From Raillietiella orientalis (lineage: Eukaryota): 64,000 nucleotides of DNA. The position numbers were made by a program, and so were the translations under genes. The DNA lies in contig JAYWIR010000006.1 of NCBI GenBank assembly GCA_036172245.1, positions 1,054,001 to 1,118,000 on the forward strand, read 5' to 3'. Position 1 is the first letter of the stretch; each line of letters starts with the position of its first letter. The notes under the pieces are model-generated. The model made no database searches, was not told the DNA's origin, and was given only the letters and a program-made list of their open reading frames with translations. Positions 1-13,167 of this stretch are shown here, in pieces.

Positions 1-2044
1 TGGTTCGCAGATAAGATAGAACTTGAACGAAGTACGCTAAACATTACCATTGTGCGTTCTGTGAATTGCTTTTCACGTGTTTTGCAAAATTTTGCTTGAA
101 AAAACTGACGCTTGATGACTCCACGAATTTTACTTAGCTTATATCTAAACATTAATGAAGACGGGTAACATGATGAAACGGTTCAGTCCAGATTTTGTAA
201 GAAAAAAAAAACTATAACTATAACTCAGTACCATTCAACAATGCATTTGTCCATATATTTTCAAAAACTTTTAATTTTTCAATTGAAACAGAAAAGATAT
301 ATAAAAATCCACAGACTTGAATTGACATAAATGTTGTAGATTAAAAAGAGGCAGAGAACTGCAAAGTTTCTCAGACACCTTAAAATGCCTTTCCGATACT
401 GGGAGTCTTAATTTCATAGAGCATAAACAAAATAGTATATACATATTTCTATTAATTTTATTCTTGAATAAGTCTGGGCATCTGTAAAGATGATTTCGAA
501 AGCCAGAAATTTTTTAAGCCGACTTACGAAACCTAAAATTTTTCGTGCCACCAATTCTATGTCCACCATGAGGAAGTCAAATGAAAGGGATTTTAGCTAA
601 GAATAGAAAATCACGAAACAAATATTTGACATCGAATTGAGAAGCTGTAACAACGGAGTCATTATCAAAGGTGCGAATTATGGCATTTGTAAAGAGAGTA
701 AACTATGTACAAAGAGAAGAATGAGATGAGATGAGAAATGAGATGTATATGAGAAAAGTCCTGATTTCAAATATTTTTTTATTTACAGATTGTTTTATAT
801 ATTATAAAACTATCTTCTGATTTGCTATGATAAATTATCAATTTGCTAAGTTAACGTCAAAGAAAATGCGACTCAAACCCCTTCTTAAAAAACAGTTGTA
901 ACAAGCAAACAATAACAAAATCGCATTACATTGTCTTACATCAATCTTAACATCCGATAACACGAAGATATCGACAATAATATTACTTTAGTTTCTACTG
1001 ACTAATACATTCCAACAACCCCCTACTCCTCCAAAAATTCCAGAGACCATTAAAATCAAAGTCTTAAAAGAGTTTAGTCTAGCACGCAAACACTTCCCTC
1101 AGGTAGTGCGTGAGAATAATTTGTAATTATTTGTAAACTTCAAAATAATGCCAAATTATATGATTCTCAGAAAACATGAAACCTCGAATTCCAGATGTGT
1201 TTTTGCACAGAGAATCGTACGCGGAATCTAAATCGAAAAAGAAACTGAATCGAAGAAAAATTCAAAAGAATAAGGGAAATAATGATTTCATTCTCCATAA
1301 AATGCCAGGATGCTGAAATTCACTAGATATGACCACAATGAGAATTATTCTACTGTCAGAACTCTCTACAGGCTTATTTCGGTACGAAAAGAGGAATGAA
1401 TATGTTTTTCGCTGTATGATTGTTTGACAACATTTCAATTACTCAGCTCAATTCTGTGAAATTTATGCTCATATTCTCAGTCTGTAATGTGCATCTGTTA
1501 AAATCGAGCCTCCCTATTTGCCTCATGCAGCTGTGCGGGTCCTGGCAACCAGTGAACGGTCCATTGGATGGCACGAAACATATCGTGCGGCAATAACAGT
1601 TGTATTTCTCTTGAATCTCTCTCTTGAATTTCTCTTCCCCGAAACACCATAGGTTGCATGCTTTGCATACACTTTTAGTAGGAGCAAAAGGGCACTTATC
1701 ACGAAATAATAGAATTCTCAACCACTTCTGGTGACCGTGTTTCTACCTTTTGGTTCAAAATTTATTAATGGCTCATTTAATACAGACCGAAAAGCAAAAA
1801 CGATTCCTGGTTTATACTTAGAAAACTATATCCTTATACATTCCATTATGTTTATTTAATGATTCCACAAACAACAGCATGTTTTGTTTTGTTTTTTCCA
1901 AACATGTGAATGATAATTTCTACGTATGAGTATTGGATTTAAAAATCCATCGGGCTAACCATGGCATTGGCTGATGACATAGAATTGCAGATTTATGTTA
2001 ACTGCATTTTACTTTTCGAAAGAACACACTTTTTCATTTACCAC

Positions 2045-4699
2045 TCAACATTTCTGCTTACTGGAATCCTCTTTAAGAGCAACCACTCTGTTGAATACCA
2101 ACTGAAACGTAAATTCACTTTACCACTTTTATTTGTTGGCTGACAGCTTACCTGTGATTCAGTACTATCTGGATCGACCGAAAAAAATCCTATTCTTTCA
2201 AATTGGAATTTGTCATAAACCTTGGCTGACTGAACATGTTTCTCAACCAAGACGTGGTCCAATGTGATCAAGGAGTTGACATTACAATCAGACAGGAATC
2301 CATCAGGAACCTCTGAAGGATCTTCTGGGTTCTTGTGCTGAAACCTATTTACCACTATGATGCACAAATTACTATGAGATACTTACAAACGAGTATACAC
2401 ACGAACTTTGCATTCTACATAATCACTAACCCAATGAATGAATGACCGAGGTTTATTGTGTTCATTGAGTGCTTCACATCTGACATGCAACTCTTTGGGT
2501 TTACCATCTACACTGTGTAGCACTTTCTCCAGATGAATAACATAGCCAGTGTGGCTTAATCCAACTGGCTGTATCTTTGTTAATCTCCAAAAATTTTCAT
2601 TTGCTTCCTAGAAATTCATCTAAATAAAGAACTGGACGACATCATAACTAACCTCTAGGAAATCATTTTCATCTATGTAAATAACACTCCCAAATTGAAT
2701 TTGATGAGAACCTTTTTCAGGATCATGTGGAAAATCAGGAACATTAAGCATGATAGGCTGCTCTAAGGGTAAGTTGGATATTCGCACAAGCAGAGGTGAT
2801 GTGACAGCCATGACCCGAGGGGCAGTCTTGTTTAAAGAGTCCCTCACACAAGCTTCCAAGAGTTCTGGACTAATAGAGGTTTGTGCACCTGTCAGTCCCA
2901 CTTTTGCACAGAAATTATTTATTGCACTGGGAGGGAACCCCCTCCTCTGCAATGCAGAAAGTGTGAATAATCTAGGATCATCCCAGTCTTTGACAATTTT
3001 TTTTTGAATAAGCTGTGCAATCTTTCGCTTGGAAACTACTGTATAATCTAAATTGAGCCTGCCATATTCCCACTGAACAGGACAATATATTCCCAAAGAA
3101 TTACACAACCAATAGTAAGCTGAGCGGCGTGATTGGAATTCCTTAGTGCACAATGAATGTGTTATATGCTCCAAGGAATCGCATATAGCATGCGTGAAGT
3201 CATAAGTGGGATAAATGCACCACCTATTTCCTGTGCGTGCATGGGGGATATATTTAATTCTATATGCCACTGGATCTTGTTTTCCTTCCTCCAAAGTAAT
3301 TTTCATGCGCAATGTGGCTTCCCCCTCAGCAAACAATCCATGTTTCATATCCTAAAATAAAAAAGTTCAAAGTTCAGATAACACCATGACTAACCCAAAA
3401 TAATTTTGTGCTCTCAGACACTGGACGATTTCTCCAGGGAGAAGGTGGAGGATTGAAACCTTGTATTTCTTCTTGAGGCATATGGCAAACATATGCTTGA
3501 TTTTGTGCTATCAACTGGTGGGCAAACATGTACAATTGATCAAAATAATCAGAAGAATAATTTATTTTATATGGTTGGTAACCTATTGTGTGTGGTTAGC
3601 AAACATAAGCAAATAACAATAGCTAACTTACCTAACCACTTTACCATCTCCTGAATAGCTAAAAAAAAGTATTCTTCTTCCTTTTCCGGATTCGTATCAT
3701 CATAGCGAAGCAAGCATACACCATTATGTGCCTGGGCATATCCAAAGTTGATATTAATTGCTTTTGCATGGCCAATATGCAATAAGCCATTGGGCTCTGG
3801 TGGAAAACGTGTGCGGACTATTCCTCCTGTTATTTTCATGTGCTCATGAAGAAGGCGTAAAGTATCAGGGGTGACCACATAACCAACAGTAGTATGGTTC
3901 TGACCAGGAGCATGGAAACGTGCCTTTGTGCCCATCAACTCATTAACTGTTGCTGCCCCACAATCTTCAGGTGTACTTCCAGCATTCTGAGCTTTTTTTT
4001 TTTTCTTATTTGGTTGATGAGCATCCTGATTTGGGCAGGAACCCAGCAACTTTTGCAACTGGGTATCCAGTTCCATTTTAACAGCCTTTCCATCAGCCCA
4101 TTGTAAGGAACACTTGACACTCTGAAGAAGGGGTCCTATATTTATTTGATTCCTATGCAAAACATGTAGTTCATCACTTTATTCCTTTACCCATGTTCGA
4201 TCAACAAATCCTGATTCCGAATCAATACTTCTTTAACTGCCTCAGAGATTTGCTCTTGAGTGATTTCTACACCTGCTCCATAACTGGCTTCCCACTTTTT
4301 TTCATCAACTGGTTGTTCAGGATGATTAAGAAGGTAGTTTAAAGCAGCTGACTTATTATTTAACAATTATTCTTGATATACGTTATGTACCTGTTAACCG
4401 CACTTCAGAGTTGATTTTCCCTTGTGCTATGCTAGAAACCAGTAAAGGAAGATGTATTAAAATTTGTTTTTTGCACTGACTGGCTACATGGTATAGCAAA
4501 TTAGCTACCACCTTGGGAATAACATCTGGGAATTCATGCCGTACCTACACAAGAATCACAAAAGTGGACTGACTATGCTACTAACCTCGTTGACAGCCAG
4601 GACAAGATTTTCAGTCAAAACCTTGTTTTTCAATGTTTCTAACAGCTTTTGGTTACTCAAACCTAAAGCTACTAAAATCTCCTTAGAATCCATCATCAT
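2045..4699 (-). CDS. QARS1: Glutaminyl-tRNA synthetase (7 exons)
   Basis: Class I aaRS motifs [66 protein letters not shown]-terminus [25 protein letters not shown]. In-phase GT-AG introns at 4545-4585, 4348-4390, 3583-3631, 3352-3394, 2608-2652, 2345-2386, 2102-2151 define the exons (8 counting both terminal exons). Stop TGA 2045-2047; AATAAA near 1851-1856. Confidence 0.97.
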
Positions 4700-4735
4700 G
4701 ACTCTAGAAAATTACACACTTTATTTAAATGATCA
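4700..4735 (-). promoter_or_regulatory. 36-nt intercistronic spacer: poly(A) signal plus unpaired 3' splice acceptor
   Basis: Minus strand reads TGA-tgatcattta-AATAAA-gtgtgtaattttcTAG-agtc-ATG; AATAAA at 4720-4725, acceptor AG at 4704-4705. Confidence 0.7.
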
Positions 4736-6160
4736 TCATGCCTTTGCTTCATTGGTTTCTTTAAATTGTTTTTGCACATTCAAGTGATCAATCATTTCTT
4801 TCTGTCTAACCCATGCATAACCCAAACTCCCAATCAGGACAATGCCGTTGGAAAACCACCACAGGTAAGAGCGTTCTTCCTGATACCAAATGCAAGCTAA
4901 TATGGTCTGCACGCAAGCTTTGGCTGTACCAGACACATTATGTGTCAGTGGAGATGTAAACTGCTCAAAGCGAATCAGTATTTTCCAAGGCAACTTTATG
5001 CTAACCTGTATCTGTAGTCCAGTTACATATGAGATTGAGAATCCAAGCAAACTAGATGTTAACATCAGCTTCCAGAAAACACTGGTATCCATTAATGATA
5101 AAAGCATACTATGAGTAATTTCTCCAAAGAGGAATAACAAAGGAATAAACAGTAAACTGGCATTAAGATTGTTATAGTACGTTAACAACCAAATGCTTTT
5201 GTTCACTTGTGGTAGGACTTTCTTAGTGTAAATAGAATTAAGGGAAACAAAAACGGAAGCTAGTGTTCCAAAAAGGATTCCTGCTTTAGACAGACTGCCT
5301 AGACAAGAAATAAATGGATGTCTATGTTTACTTAATTGTTATCATCATTCCTGAGTCAAAATAATACCAGATATCTCCTCTTGATCAATTCCTAGATAAT
5401 ACCCTCCAACGATCAGAATACTGCAACACACTGCATTCAGAGATGTAGATTCATCTGCAAAATTCCTGTACTTTAGAATTCAAGTAATAACTAGACTTAC
5501 ACAGAATTAGATAAGTAAAAATCATGTTGAAAACTGGCGTCAATGATCTTCCAATATAATAAAATGCAACACTAGCATATTTCAAACAAAAATTATTGAA
5601 TGTCACCATCCCAATAAATAGACAGCTTAACGGTAAAATCTAAAATACTACAAAATAACACCTATCTGGTCAGTTATTGAAGAATATTCATGCAAGATAA
5701 ACAATCAAGCAAACAAACAAAAATTGAAACTCTTAATGAATATATAGCAATCACATGAAGGCATCGAATAAATATACACCTTAACCATAGTAATCGCATT
5801 AAATGTTACATCAGGTATTCTCCTGTGTTCTACCGTAGCTGCTTCTACCAAAACTGCAATGTGACAAAAGACAACTGTCATGAAACACTGGAACCATGTT
5901 ATAAATAATGGTGCATCAATATCCTGAGTGGTGGCTCCGTTCAGTAATTCTTTATTTACGAAGACCATTGTTATGGAAACGAACCTGCACCCCAGTTAGG
6001 GGAAGAAAAAGAAAAAAAAAACTTTGAATGGCGCCTACGGGGAGCCGACACCTTACCAATAAAGTGCTACAATACCAGCAATTTGGAAACTGTGTTTCCA
6101 TTCGTGCACGCGTTTCATGAAACGCTCGACAGATGTGTTGATGCTCTCCTTAAGGGGCAT
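4736..6160 (-). CDS. SLC35C1: GDP-fucose transporter 1 (nucleotide-sugar transporter)
   Basis: Spliced translation [87 protein letters not shown]. Introns at 5985-6056, 5640-5779, two more near 5.3-5.5 kb, and 4961-5005. Start at 6160 or the in-frame ATG at 6118. Confidence 0.93.
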
Positions 6161-6169
6161 TTTGCAAAA

Positions 6170-6720
6170 GCCATAGACTCATCGACCTTCGTTGGATAGT
6201 CAGGCACCGGTCACCACATGCACTGCCACGGGGGAACACATTTTTCTTTCTCCTTCTCCTTCGAACCCCCCCTTCCCCTCCAGATGCGGCGCGCCGATCT
6301 TCGCCTCGCAGAGACGCGCGTGTTCCCGGCTGCTGCTGCTGACGTGTTTTTCTTCCTTTTTTTTTTTTTTTTTTTCCTCTCTCTCTCTCTCTCTCTGCCT
6401 CTTCTTTTCCAAAGTCCCATCCTCGGTCGGGAAGGGGGGGGTTCCGCCCGCGGTGGAACCCTGCGGGCCTGCCCGGCAGCGTAGGTCGTAGGAACCGGAC
6501 CGGCCTCGAGGTGTGCAGCCCAAAGCCGAAGAACGTGAGGAGGAAGGAGTTCTTTGGCATTTAGGAGATAACGGAACTGCGATTGCAGTGTCGTCAGTGG
6601 GGGTGGGGGGAGAGAGAGAGACAGTAGGAGGCTGTGATTCGGTCTGTGAAGCAGGTGGTGAAGAGTATCGGAGGGGAAACGCCCCCCCCAACAAATGGGG
6701 AAAAGTGACCCTTTTAGGAA
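6170..6720. promoter_or_regulatory. CpG-island-like, probably bidirectional promoter between SLC35C1 and GST
   Basis: Local GC/CpG-rich island with (T)n and (CT)n tracts, set in AT-rich DNA between divergent genes. Confidence 0.6.
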
Positions 6721-7365
6721 AGTGCATCGCGAATTCACGTTTTGTGTTTTCGATTATGAAAGCGATTGAAATCCTGTGATCTTGATCGGAGTAGGGAATC
6801 TTTTCGAAACTTTCCCAGAAAATTGGGAATGAAAGTAAACAAACGTCTTCTGCTGTGTATTGTGCTTGATTTCTCATTACCATCCCTTCAGAGCATGATG
6901 CGATGCATAACCCAATAATTGTTCTATCGTATTTGGTGAAAGAAGTGTGGAGAAATCGAGTTGTTTCAGAAACAAACTTCATTGTTACTTTAACTTAACA
7001 TACTTTCTCTTCTGTTATTTTTTATTTCTATAATAAAGTAACATATTTATGCCAGTTCCTTTACTTTTTGGCACATTTGTCAATTAAAACCATGAATGCA
7101 ATGCAGTACTAAAGTTCAAAAGAGACCAAGATTAGATTAATTTACCCTCAGTGCTTCACGTTGACATTGTGGATTCAGGGAACATTTTAGAGAAATAATT
7201 CTTCCGTAACCTTGCTGGATATCGGCACAAAAAAAAAATATATCTGTGTTGTTGAGCTTTTTTTTTTTTTTTTTTTCTTTGATTGTTCATTTCTTATTGA
7301 GTTACCTTGTGTGAATGTTTATTGGTTTTAATTAGTTTATGGAGATTATGCAATTTCTTTCAGCC

Positions 7366-8213
7366 ATGAAGCCAATTCTAGGATATTGGGACATTAGAGG
7401 GGTGAGTTCTATTATGTTGTTTCATATGTTACTTTTTGTATGTTGTAGCTGGCACAGCCTATCCGACTTCTTCTGGCTTACACAGAAACTGATTTTGAAG
7501 ACAAAAGATACAGTGCTGGATTAGCACCGGATTATGATAAATCCTGTTGGTTCGATGTCAAATATTCTTTAGGACTGGATTTTCCCAATGTATGTTAATT
7601 GCCACAACCATTGCATCTAGTTTTTGATGTTTTTGCAGTTACCATATTATATAGATGATGATGTCAAACTAACACAATCCAATGCAATTTTGCGTTATTT
7701 GGCGAGAAAAAATGGTTTATCTGCAAGCAATGAATCACAGCAAGATGTCCTGGAGAATGTAGCATCAGATTTCCGTAGAGCATGGGGTTCTCTTTGCTAT
7801 AACCCCAAATTTGTAAGATAAGATAAGGTATACTTATAATATTTACTTCCATCTCATGATTAGGAAGAATTGAAGGAAGATTACTTAGAAAATCTTCCTA
7901 GAACCCTTGAAACCTTTTCAGATTACTTAGGAGACCAACTTTGGTTTTTAGAAGAGGTAATCATCTCCAAATAATTTCCAGTTTGTTTATCAGTTTTAAG
8001 TATTTTTAGCTTTCTTATGTTGATTTCCTTCTCTATGAACAGTTTGATGTACATCAGTATTTGGATTCAGAATGTCTGGCCAATTTTCCTAATCTTTCGG
8101 ACTTTTTATGTCGTTTTGAAGATTTGCCAACTATTGCAGCATATATGCAGTCCAATAGATTTCTGAAATGGCCACTGAATAACCCAATCGCCAAATTCGG
8201 ACAATTAAAGTAA
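7366..8213 (+). CDS. Glutathione S-transferase, mu class (5 exons)
   Basis: [33 protein letters not shown], mu-loop [47 protein letters not shown]-terminus [15 protein letters not shown]. Introns 7402-7448, 7590-7638, 7813-7863, 7957-8009. Confidence 0.95.
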
Positions 8214-10324
8214 TTTTGAAGCATTTCTGGAAAGCTTACTATAGTCAGAAATGGCACTATTGTATATTTTCGTGAAAATGGGTTATAGTATTTTTTTTTA
8301 CAAGCACATGGTCTTCAAAATTAATTTTGTCCAAGAAACAAGCCTCAAATGCTTGGAAAAACTATTTTTGTCTTTTCAATTCATATTGTGATCAGCACCT
8401 ATGTATTAGGATCTTCATGCAAATAAAAATTTGAAGTTATGATTAAAAATTAAAAATATAGTAATGACTCATATTGGCTAATAGTATGTTTGTGTGAAGT
8501 TGGCATTTTCAGAGGTTATAAAGCCATGAGTCAATCCTGTAGTACATCTGACAGTTTTAAATAGCTTGATCATAATTTCAAGTTGGATTTTTTCATGTTT
8601 TTGATATTTTTTGTTTTTAAATATTTACCATGTAAGATACCCTATGCAAGGCACATTGCATAAGGTATTGCAATTCATAATCACAAATAAAAAGAAAATA
8701 AAAGACCACAAAATTTTCTTAGCCAGCACTTTTCATTTCATGGGTATTCTTTGTGTTATTGACAAATACGACTGCTTTCATGAACACTGAGTATTTTCAA
8801 AATATGTGCTTATTAATAAGTGGATTAACAAGAATCAGTAATCACGGTAATCAAAATGTTCTAAGCAGAAGCTGATTCAACACAGAATTTTGCAAGAGCT
8901 AGGATTCACACAAAACAGCCTGTTTTGTTGTATGAACAATGAAAATGTAAAATTCCTATCAGTTTCTAATCACCAAACTTTCATTTATTTTTAGTCTCAT
9001 AACAAAAATAAAACATTCTAAGGAAATGCCAGATTTAGAGTGGCATAATTTCGATTCAAATCAAATTATGAGGGGGAAATTTCAGATTAGCACATTTAAA
9101 AAGCATACAATGAAGTATGCAAAATAAGTAAACAAATGCTACTATACTGGAGCTACATGAGTACACATAATGTGAGCAAAATAAATCAGCCATTGAAAAA
9201 TAAATTTCTTTACAAATTTGATGTATCTTAAATGTCCTTAAATATCTCGTGCATTAAATGAAGTAATTGAACGTTAATGACCACCTGCTGTGAGAGTACT
9301 GTGTAAAAGCACAGAGTAAAAACATTTTGATTGGCTGTTGAATGTAATTAAATGCTTCAATTCTAGCTTACCTTTGTCTGTGACCTCTGCATGTAAAAAA
9401 CAGCTCTAGCATTTATTTGAAATGTTGACTTTATTCACAATCTTATTTACAAAAAAGCAATTGCATCTGCTTTTACATTTTGTATATTTGCACATATCAT
9501 ACACATACACACTTCATGACAAAATACAAACTCAAATTGATATTTTCCGCCATAGTTCATGATAACAGTAAAAAAAACACTGATCTTTTCTGCAATTCAG
9601 CATATGAACAGAATTATTCCACTTTAAACTCACTTGTTATCACAGAAACAATCTGTGTTAAGAAATGGGAAAAGCTTTCATGATTCTCCAATATTTTCAC
9701 TACAAACATGATTTCTGTTACTTATGTGCATCACTGTGTTGTTAAAAAGCTCATTGGAAACTTGTTGCATAGCAGTAAAACAATGCTACTCCAACAAGTA
9801 ACTAAAATTTACATGCTGCTAAACTAAAATGGTAATTTATTCCAGTGATCGTGGAATTAACAAATCAATGATGTAAAAACAATTTCCACATACTAAACCT
9901 GCTTCCTCACCTGCAAATCAATAAGCAAACAATATTTTTAATATAACTGCTGTAAGGTACTTATGTAAAAATTTATTATTAAAGAAAATGGAACATGGAC
10001 AGTATATGGAATTACACAGCAGACTTCTTTTGTAAACATGGCATGCTGTTCATTTGGCACTCTTGTCTGGCATAAATTGCTAACAAAAGTATTGCAAGGA
10101 AAAAAATTCCAAAATTTTTGCACTGTCATGGAAAGAATGAGTGTTGTATCTCTGTCAAGCCTAAGGGTACACTATACAAGCAACCAGCATTGTGGGGAAT
10201 TTGATTTTGATGAGCAACACTTGTTGTGGATTCATGCATGCAATTACATTTCATATGCATGTAGTTGGACTTGCAGTCAAGTCATGTGTCTCGTTTACAG
10301 GAAACAATCCACCAAGTTTTTGTG

Positions 10325-13167
10325 TCACGCAACCAAACTTTCTTTAGTATCCATTTTATCTCCTAAAGAAAAAGCAATAAATAGAAAACAAAAGGCAACA
10401 AAGTAACAGCAAGCAGTAGCTGAACTTACCCTTGTCATCCTTAAGCAATTCTTTAGTTTCCATTTTCTCAAAGGGTTTTTCTTCCTTTTCCTCAGTTCTA
10501 GCTTTCTTACGTACTTTATCTTTATATATTCTAAGAGAGGATGGATGACTCATTTTTCATGCATGTGTTATTCTACCTATGATCTTTCCTTCCTTCTGGA
10601 TCCTCCTCTTCTGAATCACTATATTCATTATCATGAGCTACCCTTTTATCAGAAGCTCGAATAGAAATCCGCTCATCTGGACTGGCCTTCTCATCATCAT
10701 CACTATCCTCAGGTAAGGCATCCTCCGGGATATCTACCAAAATTAATAGCCACAACAGTTTCATTACCTACTTTGCATTTGAATGCCTGGAGCATGAGGA
10801 AGCATCCTCAAGTTTTCAAATAGACGGGTTCTGTGGAGCAATCAAAAGATCTCTGAGAGGCATACTCGAATACCTACTTGATTTTCTCCAAATACTCAGG
10901 CGTATTTTGATTGGCCATATTTGAGGGGGAGATATGCAGCTTGAAATCAGGCCCAAAATATTCAAAATAGTCATTGTAAGGCAGCTCATTGGCAATTTCC
11001 ACATTCAGTGCTATGGAAGTCTCATATGCCCAACAGCGTGCTACATTTCTTATGGTGTAACCTCCACCACCAAGCATCAACATGGGTAAGTTGAATTTTT
11101 TAATGAATTCCACACACTTTCCATGGCCTTTGATTCTTAATGAAGAAATGAAATGAAAAATACAGATTACCTTTGAGAGTTAAGTTGAAACAACCTAGCC
11201 TATCGCCTGTTAGAGAGTCTGAACCACATTGTAAGATCACTGCACTTGGTTGATATGTTTCCATGACCTTAGAGATAACAGGTACAAACACTGACTGATA
11301 GCTGTCATCATCCATTCCATCCCTGAGAGGGAAATTCAGTGCATAATACTTCCCCTTGCCAGCACCAATATCCTAAGAAACCATGAGCCATATAGCAAAT
11401 ACAATTGTTGTTACCCGGAGATCTCCTGTTCCTGGAAAATATTCTCCATATTTATGAAAAGACACTGTCATAACACGATCTGTCGTGTAAAAAGCTTCCT
11501 CCACACCATCTCCATGATGGATATCAATATCCACATAAAGAACACGCTGATGGTACTTTAATAATTCCAAAATAGCTAATGCAATATCATTGACATAGCA
11601 AAATCCAGATGCTTCCGATTTTTTGGCATGATGAAGGCCACCTGCCCAATTTATAGCAATTTCTGTTGCCTGCTTGTTTAATTTTACAGCAGCAGCAACA
11701 GTGCCTCCTGTTGACAATTGACAAAACTCGTAGAGACCATCAAATACTGGGCAATCTTCCCCAACATTAACTAAAAATTCGCTCAATCAAAATAAAGTAC
11801 AGCATGTTCCCATAGTTACATCTTTGCATTTGCTTGTTGTACTCAGACATGTTGTCAGGTCTTATGCTTCTCAAAAATCTAATGTATTCATCACTGTGAA
11901 ACTTGGTCATCTCTTCAGCTGTTGCTTTATGAGGTCTCTGAATGGATAAAAAACCTTCTTTCATGAAGTTTCAAGCTTGCAATACTTACATAGATTTCCA
12001 TTTTTCGATATAAACCATAATTCAAGAGCAAATTGTGTGTCATTCGTATTCTGTGTGGTTTCATTGGATGCCCCTGTCCATAGTAATAATTGCCAACATC
12101 ACCTGCATAACAATTACACTCTTAAAGTTTGCAAACTCAATTCATTTGCACTGTGCTCTTTCAAGGGACACTAGTTTTTGCGAACATACACTTTACAACA
12201 AGGATTTAAAATGCTACTATGAAACAGGAAGAACCATTTCTCAATACTTGTGCAGAAACTAATTTGGACGCAAAGTAATTTTAAAAAAGATTTAAAAACC
12301 TCTTAATAATCTGTCATTGCAAGATTTACGAGACGTTACCACAAGTATTAACAACAAAAAACACTTAAGTTTAATGCTAAACTTGAAAATTCCAAGTGTT
12401 TCATTGCACCAATACCAAATTCAATTCATTTGACGCCTAAATTTTTTGAAAATCATGCTTGTTGATTTTCGGATAATTGCCACAATCTTTTCAAATAATC
12501 AAATGTAAGCAAATATAGCTAGAAAAATCGTTTTTCTAACACAAATGGCTCTTGTGAGCACGGAAATTTAATATCACAAAACCATTAAAACCATTCAAAT
12601 GTAATCTAGACTTCAACAGGTTAGCAAACCAGGAGATGCAAGCTTCAAACACTATCACAACGCGAGGTACCACAAAGCATTCTATACATGCAGACTGCTA
12701 TGCTTCATGCATCACAAGCAGATCAGATTAAACACTCCATTCCAGAGTAGAAGACATTCATCAAAAATTTTGGGAATTTATTTTGCACTTATTTATAAAA
12801 CCCAAAGTATTCGCTGCATTGGGCTATTTATTTTTTTTTAATTTTATTATGCAATTGATTATTTTATAAAGAATTACAAAATCAAGTACGTAACCATACT
12901 GGACACAAACACAATACGAGATATTATTAGATGGAATATATCGATGAAGTTTCCCTTGAAAATTCATCACAACAGTTATCTTTGCAATAAAATCGTCCAG
13001 TATACTGAAGAAAAACTTAAATTACACTCAAAATATAACTACATATTGTGACCCTTTAAGACTGGAATTGCTTTTTCATCTTCCTATTAAAATTTAAAAC
13101 TTATATACATTAACTTACTATCGTAATAATAACAAACTTTTTTTCGAGAATGAGCAGGACTTGTCAT
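10325..13167 (-). CDS. HDAC1: Class I histone deacetylase HDAC1/Rpd3
   Basis: [16 protein letters not shown](S)[65 protein letters not shown], acidic tail. First intron 12103-13118; the other introns are about 38-67 nt. Confidence 0.97.

Noticed and set aside
1443..1721. Cys-rich minus-strand ORF downstream of QARS1 as a third cistron
   Set aside because: Non-ATG start, no recognisable homology, and no convincing acceptor or exon structure.
5640..5779. Longer SLC35C1 intron as a C/D snoRNA host
   Set aside because: Has a CTGA near its 3' end but no canonical RTGATGA box C and no terminal stem.
6150..6982. Overlapping 136-260 aa ORFs between SLC35C1 and GST
   Set aside because: Products of the GC-rich promoter island and simple repeats; no domain-like content.
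8637..8668. Small hairpin taccctatgcaa...ttgcataaggta (and another near 9044-9070)
   Set aside because: Short imperfect stems in AT-rich DNA; expected by chance.
12720..12765. TGATGA...CTGA in HDAC1 intron 1, with a 14-nt match to the AHCY-HRI spacer
   Set aside because: Too short for a snoRNA and lacks a terminal D box; a 14-mer match is expected by chance in a window this size.
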